Source: an uncultured cyanobacterium (lineage in GTDB: Bacteria; Cyanobacteriota; Cyanobacteriia; Cyanobacteriales; Nostocaceae). From it: a stretch of 64,000 nt of DNA. Made by a program: the position numbers and the translations under genes. Of this stretch, positions 30,532 to 40,733 are shown piece by piece (within the stretch, counting starts at the first letter, position 1; the number at the start of each line of letters is the position of its first letter). Under the pieces are notes generated by a model. The model did no database searches, was not told where the DNA came from, and saw only the letters and a program-made list of their open reading frames with translations. The DNA is taken from NCBI GenBank assembly GCA_963740315.1, contig CAVUDP010000002.1, positions 1,952,001 to 2,016,000 on the forward strand, in the 5' to 3' direction.

Positions 30532-31311
30532 TCAGGAAGTATATGTCCATGCTTTCCAAAAAATATAAACTGATAAAATAGCAAGTCCAACGCGAAATGT
30601 GACGCTGACAAATTGATCTGATAATTTAGGCAAGAAACGAGTACTTAACTGCGCTCCTAAAAGTCCTCCAAATCCTAAAATTAAACCTGGAATTAATAAA
30701 ATATTACCTTCAAGAGCGTGTCTGGTAACAGCAGAAATAGAGCTAAGTACAATAACTCCCAAACTAGTTTGTATTGCGACTTTTATAGTTTCACCTAGTA
30801 AAAGAATTTGTAACGGTACCATAATTACACCGCCACCGACACCAAATATACCTGCCAACATTCCAGCAGTTCCTCCGGTGACAATTCTATAAATAGTAGA
30901 ACTAAGTTTTGATTGTTGATTTTGTGCGGTTTCTTCTTGTTGTTTTTTTGATAAATTCTTACGTAAATCAACTAAATAAATAGTAAATAAAAGTAAAATG
31001 CCAAAAGCAATTAACTGATTTTTCGGAGGAATAGACTTTGCTAACCCCGCACTAAAATAAGCTGTAACTACCGCCGGAATTCCAAGTAAAATAACCTGTT
31101 TAAAATTTATATAACCCATGCGCCAATTCTGGATACTTCCAGAAGTAGCCGTTATTACAATAGCCAGACTGCTAGTAGCAACAGCCTGCAATGGTACGTA
31201 ACCAAACGCTAATAGTATAGGTACCAAAACAGTACCACCACCGATACCCAACAATCCAGCAAGAATACCTGATATTAATCCACTAATTACTAGAAGCAAC
31301 CAATTTTCCAT
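30532..31311 (-). CDS. TSUP (TauE/SafE) family transporter
   Basis: Two repeats of G..AG..G.GGG...VP and A.ATSL/IQTSL; about 8 TM helices. Confidence 0.9.
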   Translation of the reverse strand: MENWLLLVISGLISGILAGLLGIGGGTVLVPILLAFGYVPLQAVATSSLAIVITATSGSIQNWRMGYINFKQVILLGIPAVVTAYFSAGLAKSIPPKNQLIAFGILLLFTIYLVDLRKNLSKKQQEETAQNQQSKLSSTIYRIVTGGTAGMLAGIFGVGGGVIMVPLQILLLGETIKVAIQTSLGVIVLSSISAVTRHALEGNILLIPGLILGFGGLLGAQLSTRFLPKLSDQFVSVTFRVGLAILSVYIFWKAWTYTS

Positions 31312-31452
31312 GTTTTGTTAGTTAGTTGTTAGTTGTTAGTTGTCATATAATATTTGTTGCAATACCCCCTAAGCCAGTCCTAAATGTTGTTGAAATATAA
31401 TTCTTAACTCTTAACTCTTAACTCTTAACTCTTAACTCCTAATTCCCAACTT

Positions 31453-32424
31453 CTAATTCCCAATTCCTTTACCTTCTGGTAAAATCGCTTTTGGTAAAAT
31501 TCCATGAACGCCTTTTTGGGGTAAGTTGACGACTTGAGTAATGCGAAAACTTACGGCTAAACTACATAATACATAAGCATCTTCTGGTGATAACTTCGTG
31601 CAGCTTACCAGAAAATCAATCGTGTTTTTTAACGCTTTTTCTAGAGCCTCATCTAATGTTGGAGCGAAGCCCATCGCGATGATATCAGTGGGAGTTTCGG
31701 CGATCGGTGTTGAGATTTGCAAATTCTTATGAAGCTTTAGTTCAATAGTACCGTTCATCGAAGTTTCAATTGCAGTTACATTTACTTCGCCATCTCCTTG
31801 TGCGGAATGCCCATCACCAATGGAAAATAAAGCACCGGGAACGAAAACGGGTAAAAATATTTTGGAACCAGTTTGTAATTCGCGGTTGTCGATATTACCG
31901 CCATAATTGCCTGGAGGGATGGAATTTCGGGAATTTTCGGGTGTGGCAACGCCGAGAATACCGAAGAAAGGTTTGAGAGGAATTTTAATGCCGCTACCCG
32001 TAGGAAATTCTACAACGTTATTTTCTAAATCGAGAGGAAGAAATCTTAACTTGTTTTGATTAAACTGCTGTGGTAAAGCCCCCCAACCTTTACGAATCGC
32101 ATTAAAACCAATGGGTAGACTTGGTGTAATTTTTTTTAATATAATTTCCAAAACGTCGCCAGGTTGAGCATCTCGCACGTAAATCGGTCCGGTGAGTAAA
32201 TGCGGTCCTTGGGCAATTTTGCGCTTTGAGTCAAGATTTTGATAAATATCGGATAATGCTGGAGTGAGAAATTCTGGTGGTGCTTTGTCGCAAACATGAA
32301 ACCCCGTGTAAGTTTCTACATCAACTACATCGCCAGAGTCTACTGTTAAAGCAGGTTCTAATAAATGGGAGAAACCGCCAAGATGCACCGTTTCTTTTGT
32401 AGCGTTGAGAATGTGATGAGTCAT
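31453..32424 (-). CDS. Acetamidase/formamidase family protein
   Basis: GPHLLTGPIYV, PGNYGGNIDN, GALFSIGDGHSAQGDGEV, AIET. Confidence 0.92.
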   Translation of the reverse strand: MTHHILNATKETVHLGGFSHLLEPALTVDSGDVVDVETYTGFHVCDKAPPEFLTPALSDIYQNLDSKRKIAQGPHLLTGPIYVRDAQPGDVLEIILKKITPSLPIGFNAIRKGWGALPQQFNQNKLRFLPLDLENNVVEFPTGSGIKIPLKPFFGILGVATPENSRNSIPPGNYGGNIDNRELQTGSKIFLPVFVPGALFSIGDGHSAQGDGEVNVTAIETSMNGTIELKLHKNLQISTPIAETPTDIIAMGFAPTLDEALEKALKNTIDFLVSCTKLSPEDAYVLCSLAVSFRITQVVNLPQKGVHGILPKAILPEGKGIGN

Positions 32425-32538
32425 TAGCCGTGTGCTTGCTCAGTATTATTGCTTAGGATAGCTTGTTTTATGTTTTTAAGCTATGTACGGCTAAAAATGA
32501 AGTTTTTTAAGCGTTAATCAAAAATCTCAAACTCTTAC

Positions 32539-32662
32539 CTAGTAGTCCATTTCATTAGTTTTGACGGGTAAAAAGGTTCGTAGTAAGAGTTTTAACTCTC
32601 CGGATTTAGGGAACTAATGCCCTTACTACGAACCTGTCAGAATTAATGAAAAGGACTACTAG
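32539..32662. mobile_element. Composite MITE-like palindrome
   Basis: Outer arms ctagtagtcc.tttcatta...taatgaaaaggactactag enclose the aggttcgtagtaag...cttactacgaacct element, which is also at 9384, 9591, 47203 and 60041. Confidence 0.65.
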
Positions 32663-32771
32663 CATTCGATTGCATTAAATTTAACGGGTTCATTTTCTCC
32701 AAAACGTCGGGAGACTATTCTGTGCTACGTCTCTACAATTAGTCAATTTGAAATAAGATTAACGTTAAGGA

Positions 32772-33446
32772 TTATTCATCCAAGCATTCTTGATGACCAC
32801 CAGCTTTAACAATGAAGTCATCAAAATCGCTGTCAGTTTTATAAACTCTGGGAATTTTAGAGTTAGTATCGTCCCAACGAATTAGGACACCACCATTGGC
32901 TAAAGCAGAGAAACCACCTACAAACTTTGCTTGTCTGTTGCCGACAGGATTTTTATTATCTGTAGAATACACCTTACCTGCATTATTTTCTCGAAACTGA
33001 GACTTTAAGTAAAAACTGTATCTATTACCAGCCTTAAAGATAAATTGAGCGGTTCCGGGTTGCGGTACTGCATTTCCTAATGTCCCTGGGAAGTCATTAG
33101 GGTTGTCTGTTTGTCCGTCAGATGGATTGTTTAAAGCTCGATCGTATTCAGACAAACTATAATCTGAAGGTTTGACTTCTCCAATTAAATCTGTCTCTTC
33201 TCCGGTGTTTTCATTTCTAACACCAAATACAGATTGGTAAGCACCGTAAGAACGAACAAATTGAAACTGCACTACAGTATTCGTTGTAAATAAAATACCG
33301 CTATTGTCAAAGAATTCCTGCGATTGTAATTGAACTGGCACTGAACTTTGGGCTTGCGCGGGTGATGAAATACCCAAAATTCCTGCTGCAACTGCTCCGA
33401 CAAAAATCTGTACGCTGGTACGATTAATCTGCATTTTTTTTCTCAT
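32772..33446 (-). CDS. Secreted beta-rich hypothetical protein
   Basis: Signal peptide ending SPAQA; C-terminal acidic WDD...DSDFDDFIV motif. Confidence 0.75.
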   Translation of the reverse strand: MRKKMQINRTSVQIFVGAVAAGILGISSPAQAQSSVPVQLQSQEFFDNSGILFTTNTVVQFQFVRSYGAYQSVFGVRNENTGEETDLIGEVKPSDYSLSEYDRALNNPSDGQTDNPNDFPGTLGNAVPQPGTAQFIFKAGNRYSFYLKSQFRENNAGKVYSTDNKNPVGNRQAKFVGGFSALANGGVLIRWDDTNSKIPRVYKTDSDFDDFIVKAGGHQECLDE

Positions 33447-33488
33447 AACAACTCTTCACTAATCTGAATTTTTTGGTTTCCCAGGCAT

Positions 33489-33998
33489 CTACCAGGCACG
33501 ATTGGCTATGTTCGCTTTTGTCACTTCTACTTTTTGATTCACTTCATTTAAAAACGTTTTAGATTCACGCAACAAAATGTTTAATTTTCTACAATTAGAG
33601 TTAGCTGAAGTAGATGGTGAGCTTGAACAAGTCTGAGTTGGAGCCTTTTTAACCAATCCAACAGTACGGGGTTTATTTGAACTTTCCCCAAGTAAAAAAC
33701 CGCGTAATTCGCATGGTTGAGGAGTGCGATCGCATTCACAATTATCGCAAGCAACGTAAGCATCTGTTAATTCGTCAGCTAATTTTTCGCCTTTCTGGAT
33801 AATCAGAGAATTTAGTCCGCCAGTTTTAATAAAGATGGTTGCTCCATCAAATACATTAGTTCCGGTAATGTTAGACAGATTGCTGCCAGTAATATTAGAT
33901 AAATTACCAGCATTTTGAGCATTTACAGACTCTGCAAACAGTCCGCTAAAAGCTAATGATGTACCTACAATCAGACTAACTAATTTGTTTCTACGCAT
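33489..33998 (-). CDS. Secreted Cys-rich hypothetical protein
   Basis: Signal peptide ending VNA; duplicated NLSNITG; six Cys. Confidence 0.7.
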   Translation of the reverse strand: MRRNKLVSLIVGTSLAFSGLFAESVNAQNAGNLSNITGSNLSNITGTNVFDGATIFIKTGGLNSLIIQKGEKLADELTDAYVACDNCECDRTPQPCELRGFLLGESSNKPRTVGLVKKAPTQTCSSSPSTSANSNCRKLNILLRESKTFLNEVNQKVEVTKANIANRAW

Positions 33999-34024
33999 AA
34001 TTTTTACTCTTTCTAAAACTAAAA

Positions 34025-35224
34025 CTAGAACTTAAATCCAAAGCCAGTACCGATGACAAACCTAGCCCGATCGCTGGCTCCACGCCCAGAACCTGCTATA
34101 TCGCGCAGTGCGGGGGTAATAACTAAAGGAATATTTTTGAAAGGTGCGATCGATGCTCCTACAGCCAAATCTTGACCAGTCCACTCTGCAATCAAGCTGG
34201 CTTGAGGATGTACGCGAACGGCAACATTACCAAAAACGTTGAAGTTATCTTTACCGCTAACGATTGAATTCTCAGTGCGGAACTGTCCATTACCTACACC
34301 AGCAGTAACTGCAACGCGACTAAAAGGTTTATTGATATCGTCTTGAGTGCGAATAACCTTGGTTACAACTCCGTACAAAGACTTATCAAAGTCATTAACC
34401 AGAGTATTACTATAGCGCCCAATGCTTACAACACCATTCATACCAACAGCAGCAGCCCAATCTCCTTTAAATTGTCGATGCACTTTGACGTTAAAACCGC
34501 CAATTCCAAAGTCGCTGTTGAAATTATTGCTGACGCTGGCTAAAGTGTACGATAATACAACACCCGCAGATTTTTTCGCATCACCCAAGCCAACACCAAA
34601 TACCACTGCACCATCACTAGAATTGCCAAATCTAGTACGGGATTGATAATCAGTTGCCACAAAAGCTGTATTGCGATCGGCACCATATCCTAACGGTACA
34701 TAAATGCTCATACTTGGAGAAGAATAGTACGAGTCAAGCTTGATTTTGTCTAAGTCGCGCAATTGCCTTTGCACTTCTTTCACTTCTGACAAAGATGGCT
34801 TAACATTTGCCACAACCAAATTATCTTTAGGTGCCCGATATTCTTCTATTTTTGCTTCATTTTTATTAGAAGTAGATATATCTGAAAAAATAACTACAGC
34901 TTCGGTTTCAGGAAGAGATACTTGTTCAACTGATTTTGAAGTAGTAGTTTTGTTAAGTGTAAATGTTGGCTGAGCTTCAACTTGAGTTAAGTCTTGAACC
35001 ATACTCTCCACTTCGATTGGTTGAGTATGTGCTTTATCTAAATTAAAAACAATCTGCTTTTGGGGCAAATCAGTAGCAGATAACTGGTTATTCTCAAATT
35101 TTTTAGCACCTTCAACAGCGATCGCAGAACTTGTAAAAACATTTATAGCGAACAAAACAAAGGTTACTAAGACATTGGTTAATAATCCTAGAACTAAATT
35201 ATTCATAAAATTGTGTGTTTCCAA
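34025..35224 (-). CDS. Putative outer-membrane beta-barrel protein
   Basis: Signal peptide, low-complexity linker, alternating amphipathic strands, terminal GTGFGFKF. Confidence 0.72.
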   Translation of the reverse strand: METHNFMNNLVLGLLTNVLVTFVLFAINVFTSSAIAVEGAKKFENNQLSATDLPQKQIVFNLDKAHTQPIEVESMVQDLTQVEAQPTFTLNKTTTSKSVEQVSLPETEAVVIFSDISTSNKNEAKIEEYRAPKDNLVVANVKPSLSEVKEVQRQLRDLDKIKLDSYYSSPSMSIYVPLGYGADRNTAFVATDYQSRTRFGNSSDGAVVFGVGLGDAKKSAGVVLSYTLASVSNNFNSDFGIGGFNVKVHRQFKGDWAAAVGMNGVVSIGRYSNTLVNDFDKSLYGVVTKVIRTQDDINKPFSRVAVTAGVGNGQFRTENSIVSGKDNFNVFGNVAVRVHPQASLIAEWTGQDLAVGASIAPFKNIPLVITPALRDIAGSGRGASDRARFVIGTGFGFKF

Positions 35225-35505
35225 CTTAGACTATTATCTAAAATATTTATATACTGATAAAAAAATTAGATTGTATTTATACCTTTTTTAAAATAAAAAA
35301 TATTAAATAATAAATTTTATATTAGCTTTAAACAAACAATAAATAACAAGCATCGGGATTTTTTTTAAAGAAAGATATAAATGTTTTTCGGTTATAAACT
35401 GATTTTAAAATATATAAAATAAAGTTGATTTATTTGAGTATTTTTTTCTACTAAATAAAAGAAAAAACAAACAAGCTATATGTTTGCTGTAATACTTGTA
35501 TGAAT

Positions 35506-36172
35506 CTATCTCACTAATAAGATTCTCTGAATCCAGATATGGATAGTGGCAATATTGAGAAATGCATCAAAATATACTTTTTTACGTTCCCAGCGAACAA
35601 CTAAACAACGGTATTTACGTTGGAACCAAGCCTTCGCAACGTTCTTGTTGATACCGATTGATAGATATTTTAATCGGTCTACCTCTATTTTTCTTGGTTT
35701 TCCAGATCCGTTTTGGTATTTGGGGTCGAATACCCCGCTTACGCAAAGCAGCACGTTGATATTCGAGTCATAACCCTCAAGACCTTTACCCTCTTCCGTG
35801 GTCTACCGGGCTTCAATGTTTAAATCGCTTTACAATATCTGTATAGAGGTATTAAGTACTTAGGCAAAATTAATTGTGCATTTGTCCGAAGCGAGTGGAA
35901 CGTTCACGCGGAGCGTGCGGCTCAGTGAAACGAAGCATTCACCCGTAGGGTGCGGTTCATCGCAAGACCTTGAGAAAGATCCGCTGTCGCATGTCCTATC
36001 GGACACGCTGCGCTAACGCAATGACACAAATAATGAAGGCACACCCACTTATCTGTTCTCTCTCACTACCTGTCTTCTGAGGTTTTAGAATTTGCTAAGG
36101 GCATACCATTACCCTGTGTTAGTGTATTAATTAAAACTCTCTTACCTTTACCACCATAGGCAACTTCCTCGC
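35506..36172 (-). pseudogene. Decayed IS5-family transposase interrupted by a MITE
   Basis: Fragments across frames: EEVAYGGKGK..LI.TL..GNGMPLAN, GSEREQ|IIP, KPGRPRKR, GYDS, ALRKRGIRPQIPKR, WFQRKYRCLVVRWER. Confidence 0.85.
35853..36051. mobile_element. TA-flanked MITE-like element containing small GC-rich repeats
   Basis: Ends TAAGT...ACTTA; removing it plus one TA restores GAA CAG ATA ATA CCT in the transposase; inverted relative at 37113-37378. Confidence 0.8.
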
Positions 36173-36413
36173 AATGACTGTACTTACGTTGTCCCTGCGT
36201 AATTTATAATGTAATTATTTATACAATTAAAATAGGGGCGAACAGATGTGCGCCCTAACGAGTAATATGAAATGAGTGCGCTCATATTTTTTTGCAACAC
36301 AACCATTGATCTAAATACAAAATTACCGAAAATCAACGATCCGAGATTAACTAAGCAACAGTAATATTTAATACCAAGACTGTGGAAGCTATCAATAAAG
36401 AAACGATTTCAAG

Positions 36414-36815
36414 TCAACCCATAAGAATGACCTTGTTAATCACATGAATTACACCATTATCAGCTTCGATATCTGCTGCCAAAACTGTGGCATTTTTTAC
36501 TTCAAATGTATCAGTACAATTAATACTAATAGGGGAACCTTCCACAGACTTTACAGTTTTCAATTTTGCTAAATCAGCCTGCATTAATTTGCCCAGTACA
36601 ACATGATATGTGAGAATTCTTGCTAGCCCAGGAGGATTTTGCAACAGAGTTTGAATGGTTCCTGGAGGTAATAAAGCAAAAGCTTCATCATTAGGTGCAA
36701 AAACTGTAAAAGGTCCGGGACTTTTTAATGTTTCTACTAAATTAGCAGTTTGTACAGCTTGAACTAGGGTATTAAAAGAATCAGCACTAACAGCAATATC
36801 AACTATATCTGCCAT
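36414..36815 (-). CDS. Fasciclin (FAS1) domain protein
   Basis: [37 protein letters not shown]. Confidence 0.95.
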   Translation of the reverse strand: MADIVDIAVSADSFNTLVQAVQTANLVETLKSPGPFTVFAPNDEAFALLPPGTIQTLLQNPPGLARILTYHVVLGKLMQADLAKLKTVKSVEGSPISINCTDTFEVKNATVLAADIEADNGVIHVINKVILMG

Positions 36816-36833
36816 GTTTTCACCATTACTCTA

Positions 36834-36999
36834 TTGACATACTCCTCAGCCTAAAGGCGTGAGGATTCTGGGTTCAAACAGCAACAGCAGGCATAGCCCG
36901 TCTTACGTCGCCTCGCCCAACAAACAATGCCCTGCCTGTTTCGACTATTATATCAGAAAGCCGTCCTTTAAGGACGGGGCTTTAAACCCATTGTTTTCG
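36834..36999 (-). mobile_element. Non-autonomous IS200/IS605-family mini-element (166 bp) retaining left end and right end/omegaRNA-like scaffold
   Basis: On the minus strand it follows TTAC, starts cgaaaacaatgggtttaaagccccgtccttaaaggacggctttc (hairpin) and ends gaatcctcacgcctttaggctgaggagtatgTCAA. Confidence 0.8.
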
Positions 37000-37005
37000 G
37001 TAAAT

Positions 37006-37011
37006 ATTATA
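37006..37011 (-). promoter_or_regulatory. Candidate -10 element (TATAAT) for the fasciclin gene
   Basis: Perfect TATAAT, 6 nt upstream of the mini-IS left end; no clear -35. Confidence 0.5.
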
Positions 37012-37112
37012 AGGGTTATGGAGAAAACGCGGGTTAAAAGTTCTTACCAGTGTAGGTTTTTATGTAAAATTTTTTTTTATAAGAAGACATGGAAATACGG
37101 AGATAAGGAAAA

Positions 37113-37378
37113 TAAGTGAGTATGCCTTCATTATTTGTGTCCGAAGCGAGCGACACCAGTGGGGAGCAGTGTCTCCCGTTCGTGGAAAGCGTGCGGCGAG
37201 CGGGAGATAGCAATCCCAGATTGCGTTAGCGGAGCGTGTCCGATAGGACATTGAGCCTTTCTCTGAGCCGCACAAGCGCGGTGAACGCGCTCATGCTTCA
37301 TTTCACTGAGCCGCACGCTCCGCGTGAACGTTCCATTCGCTTAAGACAAATGTACAATTAATTTTGCCGTCTAACTTA
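37113..37378. mobile_element. TA-flanked MITE-like element, inverted relative of 35853-36051
   Basis: Shares tgccttcattatttgtgtc, ttgcgttagcg.agcgtgtccgataggacat and tttcactgagccgcacgctccgcgtgaacgttcca.tcgctt..gacaaatg.acaattaattttgcc. Confidence 0.8.
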
Positions 37379-37488
37379 TCAATACTGTTTTAAACATCCC
37401 AAACAGCAGTTTTATAATCTTTTGGTGCATCCATTATAAATGTGCTGCAAAAAGCGATCTTTTTTTCACCGCAATAGTTGAATAGTTT

Positions 37489-38082
37489 TTAACAGATACT
37501 GGTCGAAATAAATTCAATAATAAAAGTTAAACCTTCTTGTTTCTTCAAATTCGTAAATACAAAAGGCTTTCGATCGCGCATTTTTCTAGCATCCCTTTCC
37601 ATAACCTGTAAATCTGCACCCACATAGGGAGCCAAATCAATTTTATTGATTACTAATAGATCGGATTTAGTAATACCGGGTCCTCCTTTGCGAGGTATTT
37701 TATCCCCAGCAGCAACATCAATAACGTAAATTGTTAAATCAACTAATTCTGGACTAAAAGTTGCAGCCAAATTATCGCCACCACTTTCCAAAAATACTAA
37801 ATCCAGATCGGAAAAAAGCACCTCTAACTGTTCAATTGCAGCTAAATTCATCGAAGCATCTTCCCGGATAGCAGTATGAGGACAACCGCCAGTTTCTACA
37901 CCTATAATTCTTTCTTTATCCAACGCTTGGGATTTTGATAAAAATTGTGCATCTTCTTGAGTATAAATATCATTTGTTACAACTGCAATTTGATAAGAAT
38001 CGCGCATAGATTTACACAAAGCTTCCACCAAAGCAGTCTTTCCCGAACCCACAGGACCTGCAACACCTACTCGAAAAGTCAT
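37489..38082 (-). CDS. ureG: Urease accessory GTPase UreG
   Basis: [46 protein letters not shown]. Confidence 0.97.
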   Translation of the reverse strand: MTFRVGVAGPVGSGKTALVEALCKSMRDSYQIAVVTNDIYTQEDAQFLSKSQALDKERIIGVETGGCPHTAIREDASMNLAAIEQLEVLFSDLDLVFLESGGDNLAATFSPELVDLTIYVIDVAAGDKIPRKGGPGITKSDLLVINKIDLAPYVGADLQVMERDARKMRDRKPFVFTNLKKQEGLTFIIEFISTSIC

Positions 38083-38119
38083 GATTTGTTAGTTGTTAAT
38101 TGTTAATTCATAATTGATT

Positions 38120-38794
38120 TTAGCTGCGGAATAACCTTGTATACTGCTGTTCGTGCCCCATACTTGCTAAAGATAAACCCCAACTACAACAGCTTAATTC
38201 ATCGTCGTGCAAATTGATAATTTCTACTGTTGTCGTACTAATTAATTCTTGCAATTCCAGCAATAATAATTGTCCTGCGGTTTGTCCCAGAGGAATCAAC
38301 TTTATTCCAGCAGTAATTAAATTACTAACCCAACCGTGCAGATATCCTAGCAAGGCTGCTTCTCGATTAATTTCCCAATTAGCAGCAGCAATACCAAAAG
38401 CGATCGCATAATTACAAGGTTTATCCAAGGCTTTAACTACAGGCACTATTTGCGGTTGTAATTCTTTCAATAATCGAATCAAGGAACCCCCCATTTGCTG
38501 GGATTGATTGCGTAATTCTTCAGTTTCCCGTGCGGCAGATAGCCAACTATTCCAGTAAGATAAAGCAGCTAAATCTTGGGTTTTCACAGCAAGATAACCT
38601 CTCAACATCACTGCGGCTTCCACACGAATCGCGCCATAACGTAATTCTTGAGTTAACCAGTGCTTGAGGCTTTGGGCATCATGAATTATCTTAATTTCAA
38701 CTAACGTTTCCAATCCTTCTGAATAACTATATGCCCCCACGGGTAAAGCAGGGCTAACAAGCTGTAAAAGACAAAGAAGATTATGGTTAATCAA
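38120..38794 (-). CDS. ureF: Urease accessory protein UreF
   Basis: [38 protein letters not shown]. Confidence 0.96.
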   Translation of the reverse strand: MINHNLLCLLQLVSPALPVGAYSYSEGLETLVEIKIIHDAQSLKHWLTQELRYGAIRVEAAVMLRGYLAVKTQDLAALSYWNSWLSAARETEELRNQSQQMGGSLIRLLKELQPQIVPVVKALDKPCNYAIAFGIAAANWEINREAALLGYLHGWVSNLITAGIKLIPLGQTAGQLLLLELQELISTTTVEIINLHDDELSCCSWGLSLASMGHEQQYTRLFRS

Positions 38795-38958
38795 TTTTAG
38801 ATTTTAGATTTTAGAATTAGGAGTAGGGAGCAGTGAGCAGTGAGCAGTGAGCAGTGAGCAGTGAACAGTGAGCAGTGAACAGTGAGCAGTCTTCAATTTA
38901 TAACTCTACCCCCTCTCCCCATCCCCCCATCCCCCCATCCCCCCATCCCCCCATCCCT

Positions 38959-39408
38959 TCAATGGGAATGATATCCATATGCACCTGTTTCTGGTTGAAA
39001 AGGTAAATTTTCCTCTGACACTTGTAAACCAAGATTTTCTAACATTTGACGTAACACCGAATCGGGAGATAAACGTAAATAATTTGACGTAATTTCTAAC
39101 TGTACGTGACGGTTTCCCAAATGATATGCGGCTTTAATTAAATCTAAATGATTTTGGGCAGTTACAGTTAAAACAGGTTCCGGTTTGGCGATGATTTTTA
39201 TAAAATTATTAGTTTCATCTTGTAAAATATCGCCGTCTTGCAACACAGTACCCCTGGGTAAACGCAAGCACACCATTTGTTTATCGGAAGCTTGAAAACG
39301 ATACCTCGAACGAGTGCGTTCCTCTGCGGTTAATTCAAGGGTTAAACTAATCGCTGCATCGGGGTTTGGAGTTTTGCGTTGAGTGAAAGTTAACAAATCA
39401 ATTATCAA
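38959..39408 (-). CDS. ureE: Urease accessory protein UreE (start possibly TTG 39396)
   Basis: [38 protein letters not shown], terminal His residues. Confidence 0.95.
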   Translation of the reverse strand: MIIDLLTFTQRKTPNPDAAISLTLELTAEERTRSRYRFQASDKQMVCLRLPRGTVLQDGDILQDETNNFIKIIAKPEPVLTVTAQNHLDLIKAAYHLGNRHVQLEITSNYLRLSPDSVLRQMLENLGLQVSEENLPFQPETGAYGYHSH

Positions 39409-39419
39409 TGAACTAATAT

Positions 39420-39812
39420 TTATAAGTTTACATTTGTCTCTTTCTCTAAAATTTCCTTATTTGTATATGTATAACTAGCACTGACTTTCTCTTTCTTATC
39501 CAAACTTTTATCCCGATTTTTAAACTCGTCTAATAATTTATAGAAACTATCAAGCCCTTCTGTTTCGCTTCCGCAGTAAAGCATTATTATCTTTGCCCAA
39601 GAATTAGATGTTGAAACATGATATTTATTTTGAAGCCAGGGCTGAAAATTTTCATGGAAATCATCTTCCCATTCTGTGGGTTCAATATCTAATTCTCCTC
39701 TCGCAAATTCATATCCAACAAGAAAATGGAATAAATCACTTACTGAAGCTCTACCAATATACATTCCCGGTCGAGGTTTAATTTTTTGCAACACTTCATA
39801 TAGTCCACTCAT
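39420..39812 (-). CDS. Hypothetical protein, putative immunity partner of the upstream toxin-like gene
   Basis: L.KIK.RPGMYIG..S..DL..FL.GY...FQPWLQ...SW.KII pattern; acidic; 35 bp downstream of the toxin ORF. Confidence 0.6.
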   Translation of the reverse strand: MSGLYEVLQKIKPRPGMYIGRASVSDLFHFLVGYEFARGELDIEPTEWEDDFHENFQPWLQNKYHVSTSNSWAKIIMLYCGSETEGLDSFYKLLDEFKNRDKSLDKKEKVSASYTYTNKEILEKETNVNL

Positions 39813-39847
39813 TTTAATTAATCCCTTTTTATGACCTATAAACTATT

Positions 39848-40240
39848 TTATAACCCTGGTAATTCTATGATAAATTTCTCGCTTGGGCAATAGAAGTCTT
39901 TAATCCAATATTCTCTTGTCAATCCTTCTACTGATAGATTATCAAATATTAGTCCGCGAACTTCTACACCATAATGTTTACCGTTGAGCGTGATAGATTC
40001 ATTTATACCGCGATTTTCCAAGCGCTTGCTTAGAATATAATATTCTTTACGCTTCTTAGTTCTAATAAAAATTACTTTTCCTTTAATATTATTTTCTTCT
40101 AACCACAACATTACAGCTTTTGCACATTCATCACATTCATACAGTTTGAAATTTGCTGTTATCTTCCCGACTTCCTGATAAATCTCTTCATCCGATAAAG
40201 AACTCACCCATGCACCCCTATACGAAAAATACGCATTCAA
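39848..40240 (-). CDS. Papain-fold toxin 2 (Tox-PL-2)-like protein (likely start GTG 40207)
   Basis: Putative catalytic triad in ECDECA (Cys), SITLNGKHYGVEV (His) and FDNL (Asp). Confidence 0.7.
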   Translation of the reverse strand: MNAYFSYRGAWVSSLSDEEIYQEVGKITANFKLYECDECAKAVMLWLEENNIKGKVIFIRTKKRKEYYILSKRLENRGINESITLNGKHYGVEVRGLIFDNLSVEGLTREYWIKDFYCPSEKFIIELPGL

Positions 40241-40338
40241 TCAATTATTAATGCATAATTCGTAAACGATAAAACTGCTCTTTAATCAAATGAAATAATA
40301 ACCAAATGTTTCTTGATACGTAATGCGATCGAGAGTAC

Positions 40339-40380
40339 GGCAGTTTTGCGGCTTTCATCCTTACCGCAAACTGCCTATTT
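40339..40380. terminator. Stem-loop, possible terminator
   Basis: ggcagttttgcgg...ccgcaaactgcc. Confidence 0.4.
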
Positions 40381-40385
40381 TATAA

Positions 40386-40628
40386 CTAAATTTCTACCAA
40401 AGAACGAACGCTAAGAATCTCATCCTTTGTTAAAGATTTAATATCAGATTTAGGAACAATAACAACAGCGATTGATTCCCCTGTAGCGTTAAATACTTCT
40501 AAAACACATCCATCACCACCATTAGGGTGAGGAACAAAATCAATTAATGTTGCAACATCATCTGTTTTTAATTTATTTTCGGGTAAATCGCGTTTTAAAG
40601 CTACACGTTGGTATAATTCAAAGTTCAT
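40386..40628 (-). CDS. DUF4926 domain protein
   Basis: ELYQRVAL.RDLPE..L...DVATLID...G..LEVFNA.GE.IAVV. Confidence 0.8.
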   Translation of the reverse strand: MNFELYQRVALKRDLPENKLKTDDVATLIDFVPHPNGGDGCVLEVFNATGESIAVVIVPKSDIKSLTKDEILSVRSLVEI

Positions 40629-40733
40629 AATTGTGACTTTTACTTAATTAAATGCAAAACAAAAGTTAAGGCTTAAAACTCCTAACTCTTAACTCTTAAC
40701 TCTTAACTCCTAACTTCTCATCCCCATTATTTT

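Noticed and set aside
35506..35754. Intact 82-aa gene
   Set aside because: It is a frameshifted fragment of the IS5 transposase relic.
36859..37316. Short ORFs of 61-86 aa
   Set aside because: They lie within the mini-IS and MITE sequences.
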